Shown one piece after another: positions 1-12,197 of a stretch of DNA of 64,000 nt (positions within the stretch are counted from its first letter, which is position 1; the number at the start of each line of letters is the position of its first letter). This DNA is from Mustelus asterias (taxonomy: Eukaryota): assembly GCF_964213995.1 (NCBI RefSeq), contig NC_135812.1:43896001-43960000 (forward strand). The letters are read 5' to 3'. The translations under genes were made by a program, and so were the position numbers. The notes beneath the pieces are model-generated. The model worked only from the letters and a program-made list of their open reading frames with translations, made no database searches and had not been told where the DNA came from.

Positions 1-200
1 GGAGGCTACCTCGTTAAATATGTTTAGGTCACAGGTAGATAGATTTCTGATCAATAAGGGAATTAAGGGTTATGGGGAGCGGGCGGGTAAGTGGAACTAA
101 ACCACTATCAGATCATCCATGATCTTATTGAATGGCAGGGCAGCCTCGAGGGGCTAGATGGCCTACTCCTGCTCCTATTTCTTATGTTCTTATGTTCTTA
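1..200 (+). mobile_element. CR1 LINE 3' end
   Basis: CR1-type 3' UTR (gatcttattgaatggc...atggcctactcctgctcctatt) ending in a (TTCTTATG)n tail. Confidence 0.85.
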
Positions 201-449
201 TTCCAGATATTCCAGTATCCATTATGCTCAGAAAAATGAATCTCAATTCCTGAGAGAACATCTTCATTGGCACAAAAATCTAACATCCACAAGATAATAA
301 GACGACTTTATTTTTGCTATCCTTCGCTTTTTTGTGAATTTCCATCATATTTTTGAGAAGCAAGATACATGGAACACCAGACCTTCTTTTAGGCTTTAAT
401 TGCTGTTTATATTTATCTATAATAAAAATATTACAGTAAAACATACAAT

Positions 450-588
450 GGCCAAAATCTTCTGGCCTCATTTGCGGCTGGGATTTTCCGGTGCCGTTGA
501 AAGTGAATAGAGGTTGGTCGGAACAGCAAATTTTCCATTCTCGCCTGCAACGGGTCCCACTGTGGACGAGACAGGAGAATCCCATCCA
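450..588. mobile_element. Short MITE-like element
   Basis: Imperfect inverted ends; core gctgggattttccggt recurs reverse-complemented at ~43047-43062. Confidence 0.5.
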
Positions 589-714
589 ATATTTCTTTTA
601 ATTGATGTTTATTAGTTTCTTTAATAATTTGCATGTTAAGCATTGCATGTTAAGCATTGCATGGTTATTTTCTTGCATTTTTATCAACTGCAGGAACTTA
701 CTAGCCTAACATGC

Positions 715-910
715 TAACTTTGGTTCAGTAGTAACACTGAATCAGAAGGTTGTAAATTCATTTCCTTTCCATAGACTTGAGCACATAACCTTGGCTACCA
801 CATCAACGCAGTACTGAGATATTGCAGTCAATGATCTAGTTGATTAAACTGAGGCCCAATCTGCCTGCTTGGGCAGATGTAAAAGATCCCATGGCAGCAT
901 TTCTAAGATA
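715..910 (+). mobile_element. DeuSINE (SacSINE1-like), 5' half
   Basis: tRNA-like head (tcagaaggttgt...agacttgagcacataa) plus Deu-domain motif gatgtaaaagatcccatggca. Confidence 0.65.
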
Positions 911-1675
911 ACATAGAAAATAGAACATAGAACATTACAGCGCAGAACAGGCCCTTCGGCCCACGATGTTGCACCGACCAGTTAAAAAAAAACAAAAAAA
1001 AAAAAACTGTGACCCTCCAACCTAAACCAATTTCTTTTCGTCCATGAACCTATCTACGGATCTCTTAAACGCCCCCAAACTAGGCGCATTTACAACTGAT
1101 GCTGGCAGGGCATTCCAATCCCTCACCACCCTCTGGGTAAAGAACCTACCCCTGACATCGGTTCTATAACTACCCCTCCTCAATTTAAAGCCATGCCCCC
1201 TCGTGCTGGATTTCTCCATCAGAGGAAAAAGGCTATCACTATCCACCCTATCTAAACCTCTAATCATCTTATATGTTTCAATAAGATCCCCTCTTAGCCG
1301 CCGCCTTTCCAGCGAAAACAATCCCAAATCCCTCAGCCTCTCCTCATAGGATCTCCCCTCCATACCAGGCAACATCCTGGTAAACCTCCTCTGCACCCTC
1401 TCCAAAGCCTCCACATCCTTCCTGTAATGTGGGGACCAGAACTGCACACAGTACTCCAAGTGCGGCCGCACCAGAGTTGTGTACAGTTGCAACATAACGC
1501 TACGACTCCTAAATTCAATCCCCCTACCAATAAACGCCAAGACACCATATGCCTTCTTAACAACCTTATCTACTTGATTCCCAACTTTCAGGGATCTATG
1601 CACACATACACCTAGATCCCTCTGCTCCTCCACACTATTCAAAGTCCTCCCGTTAGCCCTATACTCAACACATAC
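911..1675 (-). mobile_element. Young 5'-truncated CR1 LINE (ORF2 C-terminus intact, 1022-1678)
   Basis: LYTTLVRPHLEYCVQFWSPHY...LERRRLRGDLIE...FFTQRVVRDWNALP, with a (TTCTATG)-type tail near 911-930. Confidence 0.95.
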
Positions 1676-1840
1676 CATCCACCCTCACTGCTTTCCATCT
1701 CCCTCCCAGTGTTGGACAAACATCTCCCACCTTTAGCTTTGACAAAGGGTCACCCCGACCCGAAACATCAGCTCCCCCCCCTCCCCACAGACGCTGCCAG
1801 ACCCGCCGAGACCCTCCAGCACCTTTTCTTTTGGTTACAG
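1676..1840 (+). mobile_element. Penelope-like element terminal fragment, T>C hypermutated
   Basis: ttgacaaagggtc...gacccgaaac hammerhead-like core followed by acaga(c)gctgccagacc(c)gc(c)gag; homologous to 22195-22290 and 47178-47280 on the minus strand. Confidence 0.75.
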
Positions 1841-2111
1841 CTAAGCAGAACTTCCCATCTTATCAACTGGAGTTCTACATAAAATGCCATACTATCTGCA
1901 AGACATGGCCTAGGAAAAATGTTGAATGCATAGCAAGAGCTTTCCTGCCAGCTTAGTAGGTAAGTGCACCATACTGTGTGGTCTTAAGTCATAGAAACCA
2001 AGAGTTCTCAGATTAGTCATAGAGAGTGTTGGGTTTGTTGATCTCAGTAGCAGTTTGGGTATGACAAGAGCATTGGTAACCCTGGACTACATAAAGACAA
2101 AAGATAGAGTT

Positions 2112-2250
2112 AGGAACATATAGGAGCAGGAATAGGCTATATCTAGGTCATGGCTGATCCTCAATCACAACACCATCTTTCAGAACCATCTCTGTAATCT
2201 TTGATGTCATTGGTAACTAGAAATCTATTGATATCTGCTTTGGACATATT
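2112..2250 (-). mobile_element. Old CR1 3' tail fragment
   Basis: aggaacatataggagcaggaataggc is the reverse complement of a CR1 3' terminus. Confidence 0.6.
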
Positions 2251-2254
2251 TAGG

Positions 2255-2671
2255 GTTCTGATAGAGTGCCCAATCCATCACACAAACTAGCCTCCCATCC
2301 ATTGACTCTGTCTATACTTCCTGCTGCCTCAGAAAAGCAGCCAACATAATTAAGGACTCCACGCACACTGGACATTCTCTCTTCCACCTTCTTCCGTCGG
2401 GAAAAAGATACAAAGTCTGAGATCACGTACCAACCGACTCAAGGGCAGCTTCTTCCCTGCTGCCATCAGACTTTTGAATGGATCTACCTTATATTAAACT
2501 GATCTTTCTCTATACCCTAACTATGACTGTAACACTATTTTCTTCACTCTCTCCTTTCCTTCTCTCCTATGTTCTCTATGAACGGTATGTTTTATTTGTA
2601 TAGCTCGCAAGAAACAATACTTTTCACTGTATCCCAATATACGTGACAATAATAAATCAAACCAAATCAAA
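2255..2671 (+). mobile_element. Rex1/Babar LINE 3' fragment
   Basis: Colinear with the 3' end of the Rex1 at 55830-56217; tail gtgacaataataaatcaaa. Confidence 0.9.
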
Positions 2672-2829
2672 CTCCTGTTTATTATTTGGTGGCTCCTGCT
2701 GGGAGTTACAGATGGCAAAAACAGGACTAGATTCAGCTGTGATGCATCCCACATATCAAGTAGCTTGTTAATATTCAATGTCTATTGAGAAAACTATATT
2801 CGGGAAGATTTTTTTCCCCCCTAATTTTA

Positions 2830-3410
2830 TCAAGAAGAGACAAGTTATCAAAATCTGGAGAGTTATCCCCACTGTCCCTCAGCCAATATCATAAAACAGA
2901 TCATGTAGTCATCATCAGATTGCTGTTTGAGATACCAGCTCTGTACAAAGTGGCTAATAAAATTCCTATATAAATCACACTTCAATGCCTTCAATAGGGT
3001 GGCACAATGATTAGCACTGCTGCCTCACAGCACCAGGGACCCGGGCTCGAATCCTGGCTTGGGTCACTTTGTGTGGGGAGTCTGCACGTTCTCTCCGTGT
3101 CTGTATGGGTTTCCTCTGGGTGCTCCGGTTTCCTCCCACAGTTCAAAAGACATGCTGGTTAGGTGCATCGGCCATGCTAACTTCTCCTTCAGTGTACCCG
3201 AACAGGTGCCAGAATGTGGCAAATAGGGGATTTTCACGGTAACTTCATTGAAGTGTGAATGTAAGCCTACTTGTGACACTAATAAATAAACTTTAAACTA
3301 AATAAACTTTAAAAACTTTAAATTTCAAAATTACTTAATTGGTTACAAAGCTCGTGGAGATGTTGGAGTTGTGGAAGACATTTTATAAATGCAAGTTTTT
3401 TTTCCTTTCT
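2830..3410 (+). mobile_element. DeuSINE 3' half, interrupted by a V-SINE
   Basis: aaaacagatcat...attgctgtttg and an L2-type tail tataaatgcaagttttt flank the SINE at 2997-3320. Confidence 0.55.
2997..3320 (+). mobile_element. HE1-like V-SINE with tail type B (Rex1-like)
   Basis: tRNA head with A/B boxes, V-domain gggtttcctctgggtgctccggtttcctccca, tail ttttcacggta...tgtgacactaataaa. Confidence 0.9.
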
Positions 3411-3479
3411 TTGATCAAACCTTGTGATTGAACTCAAACTGTGATCTGATCAAATAATAAATACTCCACAGCAGGCCTG

Positions 3480-4085
3480 ACTGCTCCCTCTCTCTCCCTC
3501 TAGCCTCCATCTGCCATCCCTCTCTTCCCTTTCCCTTCTTCCCACAATTCCCTCTTGCATGCTCTCTCCCTCCCATCCTGCCCTCCTCCACCCTACTTTC
3601 CACAACCCACACCTCGTGCGCTCCCTCCTTACCACAACACTCCTTACTCTCCATTCCACAACCCACCTTGTGCACCATCAGCCAGGCTCCCATGCTTAGT
3701 TCCATGCCCACTCGGTCCTGCGCCCAATGCTGCCCCCTCTTCCCCCTTTGTGCATGCACACACAGGCATCTGCCCTGCCCTCCGTGGACAAGTTCTTGCT
3801 CTCTTTCACACACTGCTGCATCTGGGCATGCAGGCATATGCTCTCTCACAGTCCAGCGCTTGGGTGGGCTGCGCACATGGGTGCAGTCTCTCGCTCACAC
3901 ACCCCCTTGCCTGGGCACACAGTGCGAGCAACACGTGCATTTCTCCCCATCCCCCTCTCCAGGGACATGTGCGGTCTCCCTCTCACATATACCACCTAGT
4001 GTGGGCATGCTTGTGGGCTGTCTCCTTCTCATACACACACATTCCAGCTCACTTGGGCATGCACACACTCTCACCCTCATCCCCC
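3480..4085. repeat. C-rich low-complexity tract with degenerate gcatgcaca/ctctcaca repeats
   Basis: Strong pyrimidine skew; spurious ORFs in many frames. Confidence 0.6.
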
Positions 4086-5854
4086 TTACGCGGGACTGCA
4101 GTTTTGGTTGGTCCTGCAATTAGATTATTTTTCACATATTTACTGCTGTTAGACAAGTAGCAAACATTGGAAGAAATGGCCTGTGATTGGAGGAGCAGCT
4201 GCAGGCAGATTCTTCCTTACAAACTTACCTTTCTGACTGGCCTTTTGAAAACTGGCTCCGGGGACAACATAGAAGGGCTCTGTGGACCGCATGTTGGGCA
4301 AGATCACTCTGAAGTAACTGGTATTTATGATTTCAGCAAGTAGTCTTGTTGTAGCATTACCAAAAGCAGCATTCCAGTCAAGCAAAGTTAGAGGGACTGA
4401 AGCATCAATAGGTGTGGTGAGGAATGGATGTGGAGGCCTTACTTCTGGCAAGCGACCTTTCCTCTCCTGGGGCACTGATATTGACCTTTGAGGCAGGAGT
4501 CAATTCAAATTCACTCAGCATAAATCAGCAGCCTCCATCGACCATCTGCATAGATCCTCTCATTCCCTTGAATTGCAAGGGCCGTTAGGAATTGCTATAA
4601 AAATTCCTATCCATTTTTGAAATTGTGAACAGCATAAAATCCGATCCTCAACTTCCCACATTTGTTAGCTGCATGGCATATGCTTGGTAGTGGAATGATC
4701 ATAGATGGATCCCCGCTCCATTTACTAACTGGAGATTATACAATACGGTAGGGGATAATTCAAGTCTTTAACATTCGTTTTACATGTGTACATGGGGGTT
4801 GGCAGAGGCAGTATGTTATTATTTTAAAAACCTTATAGCCCATTTCCTTCAGATTTACATTACTTAATCAGTAACATAAAAATGGAAGCATCATTCTAGT
4901 GCAGCCATCCAGTTGCTCTATTAGATAACAGCCACAGCAGAAGCACCATCTTATTTCTGATCCAACATTACCATGACAGACAATTTATTAATGTGCAGGT
5001 CAACTATAGGATCAACTACAGGCATAAATGGTTCTGCAGATAGTTGTTAACACATTTCCAATGGATTTTGCCAAAGATGGAGCTTTACACGAGCATTTTC
5101 AGTCACATCAAACTGGAATGTTGTTAACTATTACCCAATTTCAAAACACATTTCAGTCATGCGCATGACTGCCAAACAATTACAGCACACTTTTGTTTGA
5201 ATCTTCCTTCACACTATCTGCTGAGATAAAGACGGCCTGCAGTCTTTGCAGCACTGTATTATAATGCAGTGGGAAACAAGGCTTTTTAAACTCCCTATGT
5301 ATTGTGAATGAATGAAAAAGGTACAGCAGCAGGCAGAAACTGGACAAAAATGCTTCAGTACAAAGAAAGGTGAAAAATACACATGCAAGTAGTTTTTCAC
5401 ATCCTCAGCTGGTTTTCCACAAGCAATTAAATATGTTTAAAGTGTAGTCACTGCCATATTGTGCGGAAATGCAGCCACCAATTTATACACAGCAAGGCCA
5501 CATAAATGGCCATGAGGTAAATGATCAAATTAACATGGTCAAAGTTTACTTTGGGGCTCAACAATCTGCTCATTTTATGCAAATTTGAAAACTGGGGAAA
5601 AATTGGCAAAGCAATTTTCTTAAATAGCTACTTCATTAGGGGGCATGCTTGAGAGGAAGCTATATGTTGCAATATTTAAACCTATAACATGAAAGGCCTT
5701 TGTTGATGGAAAGAACATTGGCTTTTTCACTCAACTACTCAACCTTCAGTTTCAGTTCTAACTAATGACTGGACTTGTGCAGTGGGCAGAAATCGCCCCC
5801 TCACACCATATATACATTGCTTCAAAAAAGCTACAGAAGATTATTTTCATACCG

Positions 5855-5928
5855 TTACCCAAGGCTGGAATTGAACCCAAGTCCCTGGCACTGTGATGCA
5901 GCAGTACTAACCACTGTGCCACCGTTGC
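5855..5928 (-). mobile_element. V-SINE tRNA-head fragment
   Basis: gaattgaacccaagtccctggcactgtgatgcagcagtactaaccactgtgccacc. Confidence 0.8.
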
Positions 5929-6566
5929 ACAGTTGCATTAACCTTTTTAGTTTGAGCTTAGCTCACAGTATCACAGAGTAAAATGATCTTGAATTTTAAA
6001 AGATCTAGGCACCTTAATACATTACAGATAGAGCAGCTAACATTCCAGCATTAGTCTGGAGGCTCCAGGAACTAAAAATCAATCTCCCAGGCAATGCTGT
6101 ATTTAAACCTGGAGAAATATCTTACAGGCATTTTAAAAAAGTTGTTTTTTTCATTGACTTTGAACATTTCTCATCACCAGATATAAAAATATTAGAAAAC
6201 TGGCTGATAGTTGAGCATCATCCAGCTGGTTATGAGTCTTTTTGCTTTCCAATTGACATAGGGAGGCAGTGAATCATAAGGATAGGATGTGTTGGCCAAC
6301 TAATGGCTGAAATGTGGGACAAGTCATGTAGTGAAACCTCCAGGAATACATTTAATCGCAATTGGCAACCTAATTACAGAGGGAATACTGCACTGTCCTA
6401 ATTGAACCTTTCTGGGCAGCATGGTGAATTGAGGTTCTAATGCTTTAGTTGTTTAGATAGATTATATGGTACTATTCTAAACACAGGTTCAACTGGTTGC
6501 TCAATTCAGATTGTGGAATCCTAGAGTATGCAAACTGGTTGCCGCTTTTGCCTGCAAAAGCAAGTC

Positions 6567-7210
6567 ATAAGAAATAGAAGCTCGAGTAGGCCATCTAGTC
6601 CTTCAAGCCTGCTCCATTATTCAATAATAGGTGAACTTCTATCCATTTTCATGTACTATCCTCATATCCCTTAATTCTTTTAATGCCCAAAACCTATTGC
6701 TCCGTCTTAAATATACTCAATGGTTGAACATTCACAACCCTCGGGTAAAGAAATCCAAGGATTTACAAGTCCTTTGAATGAAGGAAATTCTCATTTCAGT
6801 TCCAAATGACTAATCTCTTATTTTGAAACTGTTCTACATTTTCTCACCATTTGCCTTGTTGAAAAACCCTTTAAAGTTTTATGTATTTCAATGAGATAGT
6901 TTCTAATTATTTTCTATTTAATGGGTTATAGGCCTCCTCTACGCAATGGCTCCTCAAATCCCCTCACCCCAGGAACTTTTCTAGGAAATCTCTGGTGCAA
7001 GTGTGTCCTTTCTTGGGTAAGTAGACCAAAACTGCACACAGTACTCCAGACGTGACCTCATCAATGCCCAATATAATTGCAGTAAGACCTCTTTACTCTA
7101 AACCCTTTGCAAGGAAAGCTAATATGTTAAATGCCTTCCTAATTACTTTCTATGTCTATATATTAACTTTGTGATTCATTTACAAGGATAGTCAAGTACC
7201 TCCGAATGGA
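6567..7210 (-). mobile_element. Degenerate CR1 LINE 3' portion
   Basis: gaccaaaactgcacacagtactccag (LEYCVQFW on the minus strand); CR1 tail at 6567. Confidence 0.8.
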
Positions 7211-9364
7211 AACACTTATTTTCCTATGAACTGCTTTTCAAAAAATGCACCACATTTCTTTGGAACATCCTGAAGACATAATAAAAAGTACTACATGAAC
7301 CTAATTTGTTTCAAGAATTTCTCAAATTCAATTGTTAATTTTAATCTGAATGCATTAGTTTGATAGAGTAGTACTTTAAACCTTTCAAAATCTCCAATGA
7401 GTTACAATGTTACTCCTATTATACATTATCCTATTAACTGAAAGTAAAACTTGCAAGTTTTGCTCATGAAAACTGCCTCTGCTGAGGTCACATGGCACTG
7501 TTGAGGGAATGCCTGAACTGTAACATATAACATATAAACAACAGAATTCACTGGATGTGATATATTTAGACTTTATGAAAAGATTTGCAAGAAGTGCCAT
7601 GCAAGAGACTGTTTGGAAACAATGGGGTCAAGTGGTACCAACTCTATCCTATGTCATATAAAAGTTTTGAACACCGTGGAGTGACAACTTATTTTAACTT
7701 GCAGCTGAACTAAAAAGGAAAATCTTTCCCAGGTCATTTTATTTCCAGATGGTTATCTTTCCAGTGCGAGGGGATACACTTCAGCAGAACCATACGTCAA
7801 CCAAGCCACCAGTTTTGTCAATCCCGATATACAGCTGCAAATTAAATTATTTCAATTGAACCTGCTTGGTAAATAGTCATCCCCAAGGTCTTCAAAAGCA
7901 CGGTCAGTGCAAATCAACCAAGCTGCTGACAAGTTATGCTGTGGTGCTCCCAAATTCAGCATCCTTCAGGAATCCCGCTGGAATCACAATTATCTATTAA
8001 CAACAATTGTTTAGCTGGCCTTGGCTTAAGTGATTGCGCAAGACAAGTAGTCACAAATGGCTGGTTCCCCTGAGAGATGAAGGGATAGGCAGTTGATGCT
8101 GGGTCAGAAGCAGAAAGCTTGAATCTATGCTGCGATAATGGGTTGCATGTTGATCAGTGAAATCTCAAAAGGGTTAGTATAGGATAATTCAAATAGTCCA
8201 CAAGAGAACTTGAGGAAGAAAACCCCAAAGTAGGAATCTAAGAATTCTGAGTTTGTGTGTATATTTGATATTATTCTAATTCTTAACCATTATAAAAAGT
8301 TAAATAAGCTATGCATCATTAGCACATATTGATCAATGAGATTCTGACTAAATTGGTTATCAAGCCAGTCTGTGTCACTAAGTCACCATGTAGCATAAAT
8401 GTTTTGTGGTGCCTTTATGCAAGGCAGTAAAGATCACAGTTGGCCACTATGCCAAGGTGGAGGTAAAAGAACACATCACAGTGCTTAAACCCCAGTGGTG
8501 AACATTTTTTTAAAAAAAGTAAATAATTGTTTCAAAATCAAGAACAATTAAGACTAAGATGGAATGGAATTGAAAATTTGGAACAAGAGAATTGCAATTT
8601 TGTTGGTTTCAAAACAAGTAGAGTATTAACGCTTTATTTTCTGACAAGGCAGGGTTCATTATCTGCTGCCCGAGTGGATTTAGTGGGCGTCACCTTCGAT
8701 ATCACACAATATTTAAAAAAAAGACATTCTTCTGTAACATTTTGGCCCTGTGCCAATCCATATCCAATAGTTTGTGGCCTTTAAGATCTATAGAAGACCA
8801 CACATAGAGCTCTTACATAGCATATAAAAGACTGATTCTATACTTCTCTGCAGAGCTTGATGCAAAAATAAATTACAATTACTGAGGCTAAATGATGATC
8901 ATAATTATTGCAAAATCTCTAACTACGCGAAACCCAGTTCCTCCAATGCAAGTGGATCTCACATTGCACAAGCGGAATGAATCAGTGTGGGAAGATTTTG
9001 CTGGGGAGTTCTATCCTGTTTCAATCCTACAGTATACAAATGTGTCAGTTTAGTTCCTTACATCTTATGGAATTTGAGAGCGTCATAGCTTGAGAGGCAT
9101 CTTCCATGGTTTGATTTCTTATGATATGCGTCGTAATGAGCACAGTACAATGATTTAGAATGTTAAGATTTTTCTTGAGGATGACCAGGTTAAAAATGGA
9201 TTAGTGAGAGATATTTCAATCAATAGTTTAATATTACAAGTTTAAAAAAATTAACAATTTTCATTTAACTGGACTACATCTAATAAACTTATACTGACAT
9301 AAAACTTTACTGATGTCAGTCAATAGCAATGGGAGCACAAGCTGCTGCAATGCTACTTGATCAG

Positions 9365-9980
9365 TTAGGTAGTATGATGGTTCTGTTACTGAATTAGTAT
9401 CCGAGCATTTAACTAATAATCTAGCAAACCATGGACACTGCTTTCAGACTATGAAGCTACCAGATTGCCATAGAAACCCAACTGGTTCATTGAAGTCCTA
9501 ATGTTTTTAATCTGGTCTCCAGATGCACATCAAAGTGCAAATGCATCCATAGAAACCCTACAGTGCAGAAAGAGGCCATTCGGCCCATCGAGTCTGCACC
9601 GACAACAATCCCACCCAAGCCCTATCCCCACATATTTACCTGCTAATCCCTCTAACCCTCATATTTACCCACTAATCCCTCTAATCTATGCATCCCAGGA
9701 CACGAAGGGGCAATTTAGCTTGGCCAATCAACCTAACCCGCACATCTTTGGACTGTGGGAGGAAACCCATGCAGACACAGGGAGAATGTGCAAACTCCGC
9801 ACAGACAGTGACCCGAGCCGGGAATCAAACCCAGGTCCCTGGTGCTGTGAAGCAGCAGTGCTAACCACTGTGCTACCGTGCCGCCTTCTAATTGCTCTCA
9901 GAAGTGGCCAAGAAAGCAACTTGGATGTTAGTGTCAGCAACAAATGTTGACCTTGCCAGTGACATCCACAACCCATGAAG
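9365..9980 (+). mobile_element. Old tRNA-derived SINE (family of 60731-60940), interrupted by HE1
   Basis: aaacccaactggttcattga matches 60905-60925; 3' tail ccttgccagtgacatccacaacccatgaa resembles the LINE tail at 39780-39815. Confidence 0.5.
9548..9885 (-). mobile_element. HE1 V-SINE with CR1-type tail
   Basis: Reverse complement of the 12997-13338 SINE, with an internal duplication near 9630-9685. Confidence 0.92.
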
Positions 9981-10090
9981 GGCTTAAAATAACTACCAAA
10001 TCCTGCCAACTGCAATGGCTATTTTTGAACATAAATGATTTTTCCCAGCAGAGTAGCTTTCTGACACCCTACAAAGCCTACCGTTTAGAT

Positions 10091-10340
10091 ATAGAATCCC
10101 TACAGTGCAGGAGGCTGCCATTCGGCTCATCAAGCCTGCACCAACCACAATCCCACCCAGGTCCTATTCCCGTAATCCCTGCTAATCCCCTGACACTAGG
10201 GTCAATTTTAGCATGACTTAACCTAATCTTTGGACTGTGGGAGGAAACCCACGCAGACACAGGGAGAATGTGCAAACTCCACACAGTGACCTAGGGCTGG
10301 AATTGAACCCATGTCCCTGGCACTGAGGCAGCAGTGCTAA
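10091..10340 (-). mobile_element. HE1 V-SINE with CR1-type tail
   Basis: Same head, V-domain and tail, with internal deletions. Confidence 0.88.
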
Positions 10341-11359
10341 TCACTGCCACCATGCTGCCCTTTAAAGGGAGAAGGAAGCATCCTGTGACACACCATCACT
10401 TACTTGTAGCCTGCCCCTATTTCAAAGATTGTCACTGGCATAATGACACACATTAGACCTACGTTAGTTATTCTTTCAAGCCGATTACATGGCCCTGAGG
10501 TTTCCACACTATTGTGTGTGCACACTGTATACAATACAGTTAGAAGAGCAATGGTGAGTAACCCTCAAGGACAACGTCAGATTAGTGATGGATTTAACTA
10601 CATGTCCAAAGTTTCCCAAAGGAAAAAGCACATTCTAGTTGGATATTTCCAGACACAATCAAAAGCCTTCCAAATTGCATAGCCTGCAAAATGTATAGAC
10701 TGTGTATCAAGTCCAAGTCATATTATGTCACTATAATCATTTTTGCTACATCTTCACACTTCCCAATTGCTCTACATTAATTTAACTCCTAGGCAATGTC
10801 ATCAATATTTTGTGTTCTTCAATTAGTTCCCTGTAACATCTTGATTATGGATGGTAATACAGCTTAAGTGTGCCTGGGGTAATAATAATCCAGTTTGTTA
10901 CAGTGTACCTTAAGTGACAGAACTTTTCTCTTATGTTGTGCCAGGGTAACAATCTAATTATATCATGGAATGAGTTTTAATATGTAAAAATCTACCAACT
11001 TCAAACATTCATTTTAAACAAAGAAAACATGTGAGCCTTTGCCTTTTTACAGATTCTAAAGATTCTTCATTAACTTTAATTTGAACAATATTATGGGGTC
11101 ATTTAATTTGCCTGATCAGCACCATTCAATGTCTGCAGCAGAAAGCTGCAGTATAACAGATGGATTCCAGCAAATCCACAAAATGAAAGAGAAATGTACC
11201 TTGTAATAAGCTAATACTGAATTTCTTCTTACTACAGCAGGTATGCTGTACCATGTGCTGTGAAAAGCCAGTATTTTCTTTTGTGCAATGTTCCTTTAAG
11301 AACAAAATATGCTAGGGGTATTTTGAAAAATGGTTAATTAGGTTCCAAGAAATGCCTTT

Positions 11360-12197
11360 ATGTTGCCATGGAGATGAACATCTAAGAAGCAAAAGGTAAA
11401 TGGAAAGCAAGCTGCAGTGGGATAGGGTCAGCCTATTTTTCACTAGTTGGCAATTCAGGAGACAGAATTTAGTCAGAGAGAGAAGAGGCAAGACTCCCTC
11501 CCGGTGGAACAGTTTTCCGTTTGACAGTTTTTGAACAGATCTCAATGTGTTATACAGTTGGAAAGGACAGAACACTGAAGAGAGTAGGAGCAAGGGATTG
11601 TGGATTGGACAATAGCCATTGCTGCTGAAGCAGTGCCAGGGCCCAACTGGCCATTTAAAAGGGTCAGAGAAGGGAGTCTCTGTTGATTATGTGCCGCAAG
11701 AAGTCTCACAACACCAGGTTAAAGATCTGAAGCATTAAGATCTAGAGATTGAGAGACTTCTTACTGTGTTTACCCCAGTCCAATGCCAGCATCTCCACAT
11801 CATGATTATGTGCCATCAGACTCGAGTGTCCTGGCCAGAGTGAGAGGGCTTTCAAAGACATGGGCCTTGTCAGGGATAAACATGTCCAGGGACTTCATTT
11901 GGAATGCAGCTGCTGGCGAATGTGACTCAAGAGTTCAAAAGGTTAGATAGAAAAGAGAACGTACAAAGCAAAGGCTGACTTGGACTACACATGATGCCAC
12001 AATTGTGCGGAAAGGCACAACTTATTAAAATAAACATTTACCTTTTTATTTGAAACATCCTTCATCTGGTAAATTTTGATTTTAGTTGGTTTGTTAAAAT
12101 AAAAGAAAGTCAAATCTTCACTAGCCATTTTCTTTCCATTGGCTTCATGGAGATTCCCTTTTTACAAAGTTACTGCCACTACAGGGATCGTTAACAA
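11360..12197 (+). mobile_element. Possible solo LTR
   Basis: AATAAA motifs, then an end gggatcgttaaca; layout similar to 26978-27581 and 37200-38240; boundaries uncertain. Confidence 0.35.
11696..11802 (+). mobile_element. 107-bp Penelope mini-insertion with 12-bp TSD
   Basis: TSD tgattatgtgcc at 11684-11695 and 11803-11814; inverted aagaagtctc/gagacttctt; tail is the reverse complement of 47706-47755. Confidence 0.85.

Noticed and set aside
280-415. Possible terminal exon DKYKQQLKPKRR...CGC*
   Set aside because: Unrecognised AT-rich peptide with only an acceptor-like site as support.
3415-4160. Overlapping 150-200 aa ORFs
   Set aside because: Low-complexity C-rich tract that lacks stops by composition.
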